A stretch of 64,000 nt of DNA from an uncultured Gammaproteobacteria bacterium (GTDB taxonomy: Bacteria; Patescibacteriota; Patescibacteriia; Patescibacteriales; UBA12465): the NCBI GenBank assembly GCA_964548885.1, contig CAZJSQ010000001.1:52782-116781 (forward strand), in the 5' to 3' direction. Shown piece by piece: positions 1 to 9,433 of the stretch. Under the pieces are notes generated by a model. It had not been told where the DNA came from and did not search any database. It worked only from the letters and a program-made list of their open reading frames with translations. The position numbers and the translations under genes were made by a program. Position 1 is the first letter of the stretch. Each line of letters opens with the position of its first letter.

Positions 1-81
1 ATTGAAGCGCCTTTTAAAGTCTTAGTGGAAATAATGGAAGACTGGACTAAATATGTCCGGGAGCGCCGCGATAACATATAA
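1..81 (+). CDS. 3' end of a gene entering the window (…IEAPFKVLVEIMEDWTKYVRERRDNI*), hypothetical protein
   Basis: Frame 1 is open from base 1 to TAA at 79-81, directly before rsmI. Confidence 0.6.
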   Translation: MEAPFKVLVEIMEDWTKYVRERRDNI

Positions 82-86
82 TAATT

Positions 87-779
87 ATGGGAATTCTAAG
101 GATAGTCGCCACGCCGATAGGAAATCTTGAAGATCTGACTCACCGCGCCGAGCGGATATTGAAAGAGTCTGATTTTGTTTTATGCGAGGATACGCGCGTC
201 ACCAAAAGATTATTGGATCATTACCAGATAGTTACGCCGACCATATCTTATCATCAGCATTCCGGCGAGAATAAAACCGGAAAGATTATTGCTTTGCTGA
301 AAGAGGGTAAGAACCTGGCGCTCGTCAGTGACGCCGGTACGCCGGGCCTGTCGGATCCGGGGAGTAAGCTCGTCACCGCGGTACGCGAGGAACTAGGAGG
401 GGCGATTAAAATTGAAAGCGTTCCCGGAGTGTCCGCTCTCACGGCGGCGATTTCTATCGCCGGCATCGGTTTTGACCGTTTTTTATTTTTAGGTTTTTTA
501 CCCCATAAGAAGGGCCGGCAGACTATGTTGAAGACGATTTTTAAAAGCGAATACCCGGCAATCGCCTATGAGTCAAAACATCGCATCGTAAAATTACTAG
601 AAGAACTTATTAAAATGAGTGGGGAATTAAAGATTCCGACAGAAGTTAAAGTGGCTCGTGAATTAACTAAATTATTTGAAAGCTTCTACATTGGCGCGCC
701 GGGAAAAGTCCTAGAGGAATTACAGTCCGACCCCCATAGCTTAAAAGGAGAATTCGTCGTCTTGATAAATAAAAAATAG
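87..779 (+). CDS. rsmI: 16S rRNA (cytidine1402-2'-O)-methyltransferase
   Basis: VATPIGNLEDLT, CEDTR, LVSDAGTPGLSDPG, RELTK and KGEFV motifs. Confidence 0.95.
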   Translation: MGILRIVATPIGNLEDLTHRAERILKESDFVLCEDTRVTKRLLDHYQIVTPTISYHQHSGENKTGKIIALLKEGKNLALVSDAGTPGLSDPGSKLVTAVREELGGAIKIESVPGVSALTAAISIAGIGFDRFLFLGFLPHKKGRQTMLKTIFKSEYPAIAYESKHRIVKLLEELIKMSGELKIPTEVKVARELTKLFESFYIGAPGKVLEELQSDPHSLKGEFVVLINKK

Positions 780-870
780 AAATAATAATTTGGTCCGGAT
801 AAATAAAAAAATAGAAAACAAAAAGACGGTTATTAAATTTTAAAATAAAAAACGTCAGTCAACAGCCACT

Positions 871-2313
871 ATGCCAGATTCCAAACATTTTTACATCACC
901 ACCACCTTGCCTTATATCAATTCCGAACCGCATCTCGGTTTCGCGGCGGAAATCATCAAGGCGGATGTTATCGCCCGTTACCAGCGCCAGCGCGGGAAAA
1001 AGGTCTTTTTTAATACCGGCACGGACGAGCATGGCTTGAAAATTTATCAGAAAGCCCAGGAACTGGGGATGGATATTCAGGCTTACTGCGATGAGTATTC
1101 GGCGAAGTTCCGGCCTTTGAAAGAAAAATTGAATCTGACTTATGATAAATTCATCCGGACGACCGACGCGAGCCATGTCGCCGCCGCTCAAGCGTTCTGG
1201 AAAAAATGCGAGGCCGGCGGAGACATTTATAAAAAATCATACAAGATAAAATATTGCGTCGGCTGCGAGCTGGAAAAGACCGATTCCGATTTGGCGAGCG
1301 GCCGCTGTCCGCTCCACCCGAATCAAGAGCTGGAAATCATCGAGGAAGAGAATTATTTTTTCCGTTTTTCTAAATATCAAGAACCGCTTTTGAAATTATA
1401 TGAAACTAATCCGTCTTTTGTTTTACCGGCCAGCCGCCTGAAAGAAATAAAAACTTTCGTGGCCGGCGGTTTGCAGGATTTTAGCATTTCGCGCTTGAAA
1501 GAGAAGATGCCGCACGGCCTCGCGGTTCCGGGCGACGCGACCCAAGTGATGTATGTCTGGTTTGACGCTTTAGTAAACTATATTTCTACTCTGGGCTGGC
1601 CGAATGAAAAAGAGGATTTTAAAACGTATTGGCCGGGACGGCAAGTTTGCGGCAAGGATAATCTGCGGCCGCAGGCGGCGATGTGGCAGGCGATGCTTTT
1701 ATCGGCCGGTCTGCCTAATTCTCTCCAGGTTTTAGTTTTCGGATTTTTGACGGTCAACGGGCAAAAAATCAGCAAGAGCCTCGGCAACAGCATCAATCCT
1801 TTCGAACTGGTTGATAAATACGGAGCGGACGCGGTTCGTTATTATCTTCTGGCGGAGATTCCGCCCTTTGAAGACGGCGATTACTCGGAGGAGAAATTTA
1901 AGGAGCGCTATAACGCCGATTTGGCCAACGGCCTGGGAAACTTGGCGGCGCGCGTTTCTAATTTGCTGGAAAAGAATGAGATTAAAACTGATTTGAAAGT
2001 TAATCTGAAAGACGCGGGGATTAAGGATATGGTCCGGGATTTTGAGGCGAGTATGTCCGGCTATCGTTTTAACGAGGCTTTGCAGGTGGTCTGGAATAAG
2101 CTTCAGAGTTGCAATGAGATTATCAGCCGTCAAGCGCCTTGGAAAATGACGGACAAGAAAGAGATCGCCGCGGTCTTAAAACCTTTGGCGGCCGTTATCT
2201 TAACCAGCGCTTATCTCTTGGAGCCGTTCATACCGGCGGCGGCGATTAAAATTCAAGAACAGTTTTTGGCGCCGCAAGTTAAGAAGGGTGAAATCCTTTT
2301 TCCGCGGATTTGA
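871..2313 (+). CDS. metG: Methionyl-tRNA synthetase (short form)
   Basis: YITTTLPYIN..PHLG (HIGH-like), GTDEHG, Zn knuckle CxxC..CPLH, YVWFDAL, KISKS. Confidence 0.96.
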   Translation: MPDSKHFYITTTLPYINSEPHLGFAAEIIKADVIARYQRQRGKKVFFNTGTDEHGLKIYQKAQELGMDIQAYCDEYSAKFRPLKEKLNLTYDKFIRTTDASHVAAAQAFWKKCEAGGDIYKKSYKIKYCVGCELEKTDSDLASGRCPLHPNQELEIIEEENYFFRFSKYQEPLLKLYETNPSFVLPASRLKEIKTFVAGGLQDFSISRLKEKMPHGLAVPGDATQVMYVWFDALVNYISTLGWPNEKEDFKTYWPGRQVCGKDNLRPQAAMWQAMLLSAGLPNSLQVLVFGFLTVNGQKISKSLGNSINPFELVDKYGADAVRYYLLAEIPPFEDGDYSEEKFKERYNADLANGLGNLAARVSNLLEKNEIKTDLKVNLKDAGIKDMVRDFEASMSGYRFNEALQVVWNKLQSCNEIISRQAPWKMTDKKEIAAVLKPLAAVILTSAYLLEPFIPAAAIKIQEQFLAPQVKKGEILFPRI

Positions 2314-2345
2314 ATATTAAATAATATAATAGAACCGCTGAATCA

Positions 2346-2370
2346 GGCCATTTTTAAAATGGCTATTTTT
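2346..2370 (+). terminator. Probable intrinsic terminator after metG
   Basis: GCCATTTT-T-AAAATGGC stem followed by a T-rich tract. Confidence 0.5.
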
Positions 2371-2395
2371 GTATAATTTTGTTAATATAAATTAT

Positions 2396-3004
2396 ATGAC
2401 AAATACTACTTATAACGAAATTATTAAAAAATCTCAAGAAAAGATTAAGGGTTTAGCAGTTAAGAATGGTTGGCTATGGTTTTATAATCTTCATCAAAAA
2501 GAAGTGGTAAATTATGCCGAGAAATTGTTAAATATTTATAAAAAAGCTGATTACAAAATTGTTATAATTTCTTGCTGGCTTCACGATATTGCTCATTATT
2601 ACGCTAAAAACGCCAAAGAAATACTAATGGTTAAAGCCAACCATCATATTAAGGGAGCGGAGAGCGCCGAAAAATTTTTAAAAAATTATAAAATTAGCCG
2701 AGAAGAAACTGAAAAAATTAAAAATTGTATTTTGTGTCATCGCAACAAAAAACCATTCATTCCTAAAACCATAGAAGAAAAAATTGTCACCGTGGCTGAT
2801 ACTATGTCTCATTTCGGCAGTATTTTTTATTTCACTTATTTTAAACTTCATCCTGATCATACTTTAGAGCAAATGGTTGCCACTGATTTAAATAAATTAA
2901 AAAGAGATCGCCGGGACATAAAACTTTTGCCCAAAGCACAAAAATTAGTGGAGAAAGAATATAAAATTATAAAAAAATTATTAAATAATTATAATAAGGT
3001 TTAG
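2396..3004 (+). CDS. HD-domain metal-dependent phosphohydrolase
   Basis: H…WLHDIA…NHH…CH…VAD metal-ligand pattern; ATG at 2396 preferred to TTG at 2369. Confidence 0.85.
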   Translation: MTNTTYNEIIKKSQEKIKGLAVKNGWLWFYNLHQKEVVNYAEKLLNIYKKADYKIVIISCWLHDIAHYYAKNAKEILMVKANHHIKGAESAEKFLKNYKISREETEKIKNCILCHRNKKPFIPKTIEEKIVTVADTMSHFGSIFYFTYFKLHPDHTLEQMVATDLNKLKRDRRDIKLLPKAQKLVEKEYKIIKKLLNNYNKV

Positions 3005-3014
3005 TTAAAGCGCC

Positions 3015-3043
3015 TTGATTATTTGTTGAATTTTTGTTATTAT
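3015..3043 (+). promoter_or_regulatory. Sigma70-like promoter upstream of the radical SAM gene
   Basis: TTGATT-17 nt-TATTAT with a TG extended -10. Confidence 0.45.
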
Positions 3044-3079
3044 AGAACCATAATTTATGGAATTTAATTAGGAATATAT

Positions 3080-4342
3080 ATGAATATAATAGACGTAAAT
3101 AAAATACTTAGGCGATATAGCCATTTACCGGCAGTGGCGATTTGGAAGGCAATTATTGTCAATGAAGGCGTTGATAGTTGTTTGAATAAAAAAGATTTTG
3201 AAAAAAAATTTAATAATTATAAGATTAAATACGCCGTTAAAAGCCCCATAAGTTCCGATTATAAAGTGTTAGACCGTTCCGCCGATCAAAGAGTCATTTC
3301 TTCCGAGGTAATAATAAAAGACAATGATAATAATTTATCTTTGCTGAAGTTACGTTATAACCCGCAATCCGTGATAAATTTGGCCATCACGGGAAATAAT
3401 GAAGAAAATATAAAATTTTATATCAAAAATAAGGATAAGAAAGTAATTATTCCCGTCGATATTTCATTTGTAAAAGAGAAAGGCGACTCGGTTGTCAGTT
3501 TATTGGGCAGGGACAGGCTCTCAATAAACTTGTTTGAGGGTTGCTGGAATTGGAATAGCGGCTGCCAATGCAAATTTTGCGATTTAAGCCCGAAAAGAAA
3601 GGATTATCGCAGCGTCGTCCCTTCTTTAAATGATTTAAGACCGCTTGATTTCGATTATGAGCTATGGTGGAATAAATATAAAATGGATTTTTTTAAAAGG
3701 CTTAATAAGTCATTTAAAAAAATGTACAAATTAGCCGAGCCCCACAAACATTTACTGATTATGTCCGGCGGTTTTATCGATAATGACTTTTTATGGAAAA
3801 TGATTATTGAATTAACGGAGGAATTAAATCGGATCATTCCTTTAAAAAAACTGGATAATTATATCAACGTCCCGCCGCCGACAAATAATATAAAAAAACA
3901 CTTTTTAAGATTAAAAAGCTTGGGAATCAAACAGATGCAGATTAATTTAGAAGTGGCCAATAAAAAAAAGTTTGAGAAAACCTGTCCGGGCAAGAATAAA
4001 ACCATCGGCTATGATAATTATCAGAAAGCTTTAAAAGTGGCGGTAACTGTTTTCGGCCGGGGAAAGGTCAGATCAAATTTTGTTTTTACTTCTCACGCCG
4101 CCAAAGAATTGTTAGACGAGGCCAAGCGTTTGGCGAAGTTAGGAGTCATAATGGACTATAGTATCTTTCAGCCCAAAAAAGGGACGCCGTGGTCTGAAAA
4201 GAAGGGCCCGGCCGCCGGTGAGATATTAAGTTTTACCGAAGCGCTCGCCAAAATTTATAAGAAACATAATTTTAGGGGTATTTATTGTAACTTAAGCAGT
4301 CGGTCAAGCATTATAAATGAAGTTTTGAATTATAAAGATTGA
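3080..4342 (+). CDS. Radical SAM protein (biotin-synthase-related, long-spacer Cys motif)
   Basis: GCWNWNSGCQCKFC (CX8CX2C plus an extra Cys), IMSGG, QINLE, FQPKKGTP. Confidence 0.8.
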   Translation: MNIIDVNKILRRYSHLPAVAIWKAIIVNEGVDSCLNKKDFEKKFNNYKIKYAVKSPISSDYKVLDRSADQRVISSEVIIKDNDNNLSLLKLRYNPQSVINLAITGNNEENIKFYIKNKDKKVIIPVDISFVKEKGDSVVSLLGRDRLSINLFEGCWNWNSGCQCKFCDLSPKRKDYRSVVPSLNDLRPLDFDYELWWNKYKMDFFKRLNKSFKKMYKLAEPHKHLLIMSGGFIDNDFLWKMIIELTEELNRIIPLKKLDNYINVPPPTNNIKKHFLRLKSLGIKQMQINLEVANKKKFEKTCPGKNKTIGYDNYQKALKVAVTVFGRGKVRSNFVFTSHAAKELLDEAKRLAKLGVIMDYSIFQPKKGTPWSEKKGPAAGEILSFTEALAKIYKKHNFRGIYCNLSSRSSIINEVLNYKD

Positions 4343-4392
4343 AATATTCGATATCGCCGGAAAGCAGAAAAGGCGACAAGCGTCAATAATTT

Positions 4393-5058
4393 ATGAAGAT
4401 TTCCGGAAAAAATAAAAAAATAAAGAATATTAATTTAATTTTACCGAAAAATTTTGTTAATCCGAACCTTAAAAAAAATCGGCATCTTTATTTTTTGTCC
4501 GGTCCGATCAGAGGAGCGGGGGATTGGCAAAAAAACGCCGTTAAAATGCTGGCCGATGAAGATAGGGATTGCTATATTGTTTGTCCTTGCCGTTATTCTA
4601 AACGCCATGAATTATATAATTTTTCATTATCATCAAAATATAAAAAACCATTTGGCGGATCGGGTGTAGCCGCTAAAAAATTCTCCAGTCAGACATTATG
4701 GGAAAGATATTATTTAGAGCTGGCTTCTTATTACGGATCAATTATTTTTTGGCTTCCGCTAGAATGTAAAGATAATCCCCGGCGAAAAAATGACGGCCCT
4801 TACGCCCGAGAGACGCTGGGGGAAATCGGCAGATGGAGCGTAAGAAGCGCCTATAAATTAGGTTTAGGCGCGAATAATAAAAATAAGGAAAAAGTTAACA
4901 TGATTATAGGGATACAAAGAGGTTTCTCCGGCCGGAAGACGATTAAAAGAAATTTGGACGCCGATCATGGAAAAAATTATCCGATTTACGCCTCTTTAAA
5001 GGAAACAATCAATAAAGCAATCAGTCTCGCTAAAAAATCTTCTAAAAATATTAAATAA
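4393..5058 (+). CDS. Nucleoside 2-deoxyribosyltransferase-like / nucleotide N-glycosidase
   Basis: YFLSGPIRGAGDWQ, QTLWE..L, IIFW and TLGEIG match the NDT-like fold motifs. Confidence 0.7.
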   Translation: MKISGKNKKIKNINLILPKNFVNPNLKKNRHLYFLSGPIRGAGDWQKNAVKMLADEDRDCYIVCPCRYSKRHELYNFSLSSKYKKPFGGSGVAAKKFSSQTLWERYYLELASYYGSIIFWLPLECKDNPRRKNDGPYARETLGEIGRWSVRSAYKLGLGANNKNKEKVNMIIGIQRGFSGRKTIKRNLDADHGKNYPIYASLKETINKAISLAKKSSKNIK

Positions 5059-5114
5059 TCTAAATTTTCCAAGATATATTTTTTGGAGAAAAACAGACCT
5101 AAGACATCAAACAT

Positions 5115-6179
5115 ATGAGTTCACTGACAGGCAACAAAATTAATTATCTCACTCATACTCAACTTAATATTATCAAGGAAACTGGCGATTATCTTTTAGT
5201 ATATGATACCAACCATAAGAGAGAGGAATTGCTTGTTATTAGCGACAACCTCGAAGATGCGAAAAAATACCTCGATCTCGGCTGGAAAACTAAAAAAATT
5301 CTTTCCGGGATAATATTCATGGCTCCGGAAATTTGGATAGTTGATTTAGCCGACCCCTTCAAAGTTATAAAAAATGGCGGACTTCAAGAAAACTTGGCGC
5401 TCTATAATACTTTCAAATATTTTCAGAGTAACGATAAAATTTCCAGTTTAATTAATAAGACCTTGCGGAATAATGGGCTAAACGGATTAAAAGTATATTT
5501 ACTTCATGGGACATCTCTGGAAACTGAGATTAGAATGGCCGGTACGGATAAACGCGTTAACGATTTTAAACAATTATTCATTGATACGCTCCGGGAGAGT
5601 AAAGAATTTTTAAAAGAAATAGAACGGATTAAAATTAAATATGGAAAAAAGTGCCGGCGATTAGATCTGACTGAAAAATCCCCAGACAAAGCCGCCTTAA
5701 AGAAATATCAAGATATCTCCGATTATTATTCTTATATAGACCGGGATTTCTGTTTTCCTGATAATATTTATGGTTTATTTAAATTATTACCGGCGGCGGA
5801 TAATATAATTTTAATACCGCATAGCGGATTTAAATTTCTTGATGAAATTACAAAAATATTTGATTTTAAAAAAATTTCATTTTATGAAAGACATTTTAGT
5901 CGGAATGGTAATTTTTGGTTATTTAAAAGGAATTTTAAGAACAAGAAAGTTTTAATCATAGACGTAAGTTATTCCGGGGAAACATTGAATACCGTTTCAG
6001 AGATGATAAGCCGTGAAGGGGGCACCCCGATAAGAATAGCGGTGTGGCCGAAAAGTAAATTAGGTATAGCAAATTTTGAATATATTGTTTTTTTGGATAA
6101 AATAATAAAAACTCAAAATGTCCATACTGCCAATCCCGATTGGTGCGTTAATTTATATGAAAAAATCGCTTTTGAATAG
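5115..6179 (+). CDS. Protein with C-terminal phosphoribosyltransferase-like domain
   Basis: IILIPHSG and KKVLIIDVSYSGETL resemble the type I PRTase PRPP-binding loop (degenerate); N-terminal ~200 aa not recognised. Confidence 0.6.
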   Translation: MSSLTGNKINYLTHTQLNIIKETGDYLLVYDTNHKREELLVISDNLEDAKKYLDLGWKTKKILSGIIFMAPEIWIVDLADPFKVIKNGGLQENLALYNTFKYFQSNDKISSLINKTLRNNGLNGLKVYLLHGTSLETEIRMAGTDKRVNDFKQLFIDTLRESKEFLKEIERIKIKYGKKCRRLDLTEKSPDKAALKKYQDISDYYSYIDRDFCFPDNIYGLFKLLPAADNIILIPHSGFKFLDEITKIFDFKKISFYERHFSRNGNFWLFKRNFKNKKVLIIDVSYSGETLNTVSEMISREGGTPIRIAVWPKSKLGIANFEYIVFLDKIIKTQNVHTANPDWCVNLYEKIAFE

Positions 6180-6190
6180 TGAATAAAAAT

Positions 6191-6751
6191 ATGGTTCAAG
6201 ACAATAGAGAGATTGAAATTAAAATTAAAATCACCGATATTGAAGAATTTGAGAAAAAAATATCGGCCCTAAATCCCCAAGTTATTAAGGAGGTTTTTGA
6301 AAGAACCGTACGTTTTGATACTAATAACGGGGATCTTGAAAAAAAAGGAATATTCGTCAGGATAAGATCTGGATCAAAAAACACTTGGACCGTAAAGAAA
6401 AAAATCAATGACGCGGCGCAACCAGATAAATACTTTCAAAGGAATGAATGGGAGGTGGGTATAGATGATTTAGAAACAGCCGGAGAAATGCTTAAAGTTT
6501 TAGGGTTTGAAAAAGAGTTTATTATGGAAAAATACAGAAAAAAATTTATTTTGCCAAAAGCGGAGATAACTATTGATAAGCTGCCATTCGGGACGTATGC
6601 GGAAATTGAGGCCGGTAAAGACGAGATAGATCGTCTTACTAAAATACTGGGGATTGACCAAGCAAGAAGGATAATCGGGACTTATTGGCATCTTCATGAA
6701 GAATATAATAAGATTCATGGTCTGACAGAAAAAAATATTATATTTTTATAA
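6191..6751 (+). CDS. CYTH-domain protein (class IV adenylate cyclase / triphosphatase family)
   Basis: N-terminal EIEIK, VRIR, EKYR, IDKLPFGTYAEIE; start could also be GTG 6179, overlapping the upstream stop. Confidence 0.88.
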   Translation: MVQDNREIEIKIKITDIEEFEKKISALNPQVIKEVFERTVRFDTNNGDLEKKGIFVRIRSGSKNTWTVKKKINDAAQPDKYFQRNEWEVGIDDLETAGEMLKVLGFEKEFIMEKYRKKFILPKAEITIDKLPFGTYAEIEAGKDEIDRLTKILGIDQARRIIGTYWHLHEEYNKIHGLTEKNIIFL

Positions 6752-6827
6752 TAATACAAGGAATTTAATTTATATCACAATTATCTTTTTAGCTATTAAA
6801 TAAAAAGGAAAAAGATAAAAAAACATT

Positions 6828-7361
6828 ATGTCAACTTTTGACATCGTTCTGCTCGTCATTATCGGCGCGTTTGTCGTCAACGGTTTATTTAAGGGCCTAA
6901 TCAAGCTCTTGGGTAATATCGCCGGACTGATTATCGGCGCTTATGTCGCCAGTCATTTTTATCTGAATTTTTACGCTTGGGCGTCAACTTGGGGTTGGTT
7001 GGAAAAATGGGCGACCGATCACGAGAATTTCGCCAAAGTCTTAACCTTCATCGTTCTTTTTGTGCTGGTGGCGAAGCTGACGGCTATCTTATTTCTTATC
7101 ATTGAAAAGATTTTCAAATTTATCGCCGTTATTCCGGGCAGCAAATATATCAATAATCTGCTGGGGGCGGCTCTGGGATTACTGGAAGGATCCTTGTCCA
7201 TCGGGTTGATAATTTACGTCATTTCCCGCTATACTCTAATCAGTAATTTTTTCGGCGAGCAACTGACTAACTCCATCGTCGCGCCGCTCTTGCTAAAAGT
7301 CGTTCATATCATTTTACCGCTCTTGCCGGAAGCCCTGAAAGCGCTGCGAGCGATTATTTAG
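6828..7361 (+). CDS. cvpA: CvpA (colicin V production) family membrane protein
   Basis: FDIVLL…GLFKGLI, NNLLGAALGLLEG, four hydrophobic segments. Confidence 0.85.
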   Translation: MSTFDIVLLVIIGAFVVNGLFKGLIKLLGNIAGLIIGAYVASHFYLNFYAWASTWGWLEKWATDHENFAKVLTFIVLFVLVAKLTAILFLIIEKIFKFIAVIPGSKYINNLLGAALGLLEGSLSIGLIIYVISRYTLISNFFGEQLTNSIVAPLLLKVVHIILPLLPEALKALRAII

Positions 7362-7417
7362 AGAGGCAGCTTATTTAACGAAAAGTGATTATTTAAAAAT
7401 AATTCTCCGTTTGGAAA

Positions 7418-7450
7418 GTAGTTTTATCAGCCGGGTAGTTTTATCAGCCG
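7418..7450. repeat. Tandem direct repeat GTAGTTTTATCAGCCG x2
   Basis: Copies at 7418-7433 and 7435-7450, just before the tsaC ATG. Confidence 0.9.
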
Positions 7451-7452
7451 TA

Positions 7453-8058
7453 ATGATTTATTCTTATATTAAAAATCTTGACGTTGAGTCGTCATTAATC
7501 GCGGCGGTCGCCCGTTCCCTGAAAGAGGGACGGGTTTTAGTTTTGCCGACGGATACGATTTACGGTTTAAGCTGTCGCGCCGACGATAGGGCGGCGATTA
7601 AGAAAATTTTTCGCTTAAAAAAACGCGATCCCAAGTTTGCCTTAATGGTTTTGGTTAACAGTTTGGCGATGCTGAAAAAATATGTTTTTGTTTCGCGCCG
7701 CCAAGAAGAGCTGATCGGGCGCTACTGGCGCGCCGCTCGTCCGACAACGGTCATTTTACGCGGGCGGGGCAATTTACCCAAGGAATTAACCGGCGCTTCC
7801 GACGGTTTGGCCCTGCGTTTGCCTAAAAGCGAATTTTTGATTAAAATATTGGATAGGGTCGGCGTCCCGCTAGTCTCGACCAGTCTTAACATAAGCGGGG
7901 AAGAGCCGATTTCCGATTTAAAAAATTTGAATTTTCATTTTCCCGCCGCCGTCCGGGAGATTGATTTGGTTATCGATACCGGCCGGCCGCGGCGCCGTCA
8001 ACCCTCGCGCTTAATAGATTTGCGCGGAGCGGGACGGCCGATAATCTTAAGAAAATAA
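7453..8058 (+). CDS. tsaC: L-threonylcarbamoyladenylate synthase (Sua5/YrdC)
   Basis: LPTDTIYGL, KKRDPK, STSLNISG motifs; ATG at 7453. Confidence 0.9.
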   Translation: MIYSYIKNLDVESSLIAAVARSLKEGRVLVLPTDTIYGLSCRADDRAAIKKIFRLKKRDPKFALMVLVNSLAMLKKYVFVSRRQEELIGRYWRAARPTTVILRGRGNLPKELTGASDGLALRLPKSEFLIKILDRVGVPLVSTSLNISGEEPISDLKNLNFHFPAAVREIDLVIDTGRPRRRQPSRLIDLRGAGRPIILRK

Positions 8059-8128
8059 ACCGGTCGCGTATCTGCGTATATCGCATATATCTAGAGTCGT
8101 CCGGTTTTAAAACAAATAAATTAAAATT

Positions 8129-9397
8129 ATGTTTAACCGAATAAAAGACGCGATCAATAGATACATCTTAAAATATACTTTGAAAAAAATCGGCTTGGTT
8201 CTGATTGTCTTGGTTATTTTGGGAGGAATTTTTACCGGCGGCTACTATTTAGGAAAAGGAAAGAACATCCGTCCCGGCAAGCGGATTATCGCTTATTCGG
8301 AAGAGGCCGCTAACGCGGGCGATGAGGAGAACGGCCAAGCGATCGATTTTAATCTTTATTGGGAGGTCTGGGACAACTTAAAGACTAATTATGTCGATAG
8401 GAATATGGTCAAGGACCAGGACTTATTTTACGGTTCTTTAAAAGGTTTGACGGCGGCCGTCGGCGATCCTTATACCGTTTTTATGGACCCCAAGGAATCT
8501 AAACAGTTTTCGGATGATTTAGCCGGAACTTTCGAAGGCATCGGAGCCGAGGTCGGAATGCGTGGTGATATCACGACGATTATCTCGCCTTTGGACGGCA
8601 TGCCGGCCCAAAAGGCCGGAGTGCGAGCCGGCGATAAAGTTTATGCCGTTGACGGCGTTTCCACTTTAGGCTTGACCGTTAATGAAGTGGTCACTAAAAT
8701 CCGCGGCCCGAAAGACACGAAAGTGACCATAACTATCATCAGAGGCAAAGAAAAACCGCGCGATATCACGATTACGCGGTCGGTTATCATCGTCAAAAGT
8801 GTGAAGACGGAAATGCGCGCCGACGGCCTTTTTGTCATCAGAGTCAGTAATTTCAACGACGATACCGAAGATTTATTTAATCTGGCGGTCAATAATATCT
8901 TATTGAAAGAACCAAAAGGGATAATTTTGGATTTACGCAATAATCCGGGCGGTTATTTGGAAACCGCCGTCATGATGGCGAGCGAATGGGTGGAAGCCGG
9001 TCCGATAGTCGCGGAACAGTTTAACGGTAATCGCCGCAACGAATATCCGTCCAACGGCCGCGGCCGCTTGAAAAATATTCCGACTATAGTGCTGGTTAAC
9101 GGCGGCAGCGCTTCCGCTTCCGAAATCCTGGCCGGCGCTTTAAGAGATTATAAAAAGGCGACGATAGTCGGTGAAATGACTTATGGTAAGGGCTCAGTTC
9201 AGAGTTTGAGCGATTTATCGGGCGGCGCGGCTTTAAAGATAACAATCGCGAATTGGCTGACTCCAGCCGGCGATTTTATCAATGAAAAGGGCTTAGCTCC
9301 GAATATTGAGGTTAAATTAACGACCGCGGACGCCGATAAAGGCCTGGACCCGCAATTTGATAAAGCCGTTGAATTATTAAAAGCGAAAAAGAAATAA
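8129..9397 (+). CDS. ctpA: S41 carboxyl-terminal processing protease with PDZ domain
   Basis: GDPYT, GIGAE, DLRNNPGG, SASASEI, TYGKGSVQ; N-terminal TM anchor. Confidence 0.93.
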   Translation: MFNRIKDAINRYILKYTLKKIGLVLIVLVILGGIFTGGYYLGKGKNIRPGKRIIAYSEEAANAGDEENGQAIDFNLYWEVWDNLKTNYVDRNMVKDQDLFYGSLKGLTAAVGDPYTVFMDPKESKQFSDDLAGTFEGIGAEVGMRGDITTIISPLDGMPAQKAGVRAGDKVYAVDGVSTLGLTVNEVVTKIRGPKDTKVTITIIRGKEKPRDITITRSVIIVKSVKTEMRADGLFVIRVSNFNDDTEDLFNLAVNNILLKEPKGIILDLRNNPGGYLETAVMMASEWVEAGPIVAEQFNGNRRNEYPSNGRGRLKNIPTIVLVNGGSASASEILAGALRDYKKATIVGEMTYGKGSVQSLSDLSGGAALKITIANWLTPAGDFINEKGLAPNIEVKLTTADADKGLDPQFDKAVELLKAKKK

Positions 9398-9403
9398 AAA
9401 GTT

Positions 9404-9433
9404 TAAGACTAAGAATAAGACTAAGACTATGAC
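9404..9433. repeat. Hexamer microsatellite (TAAGAC-like x5) spanning the pyrG start
   Basis: TAAGAC TAAGAA TAAGAC TAAGAC TATGAC. Confidence 0.8.
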
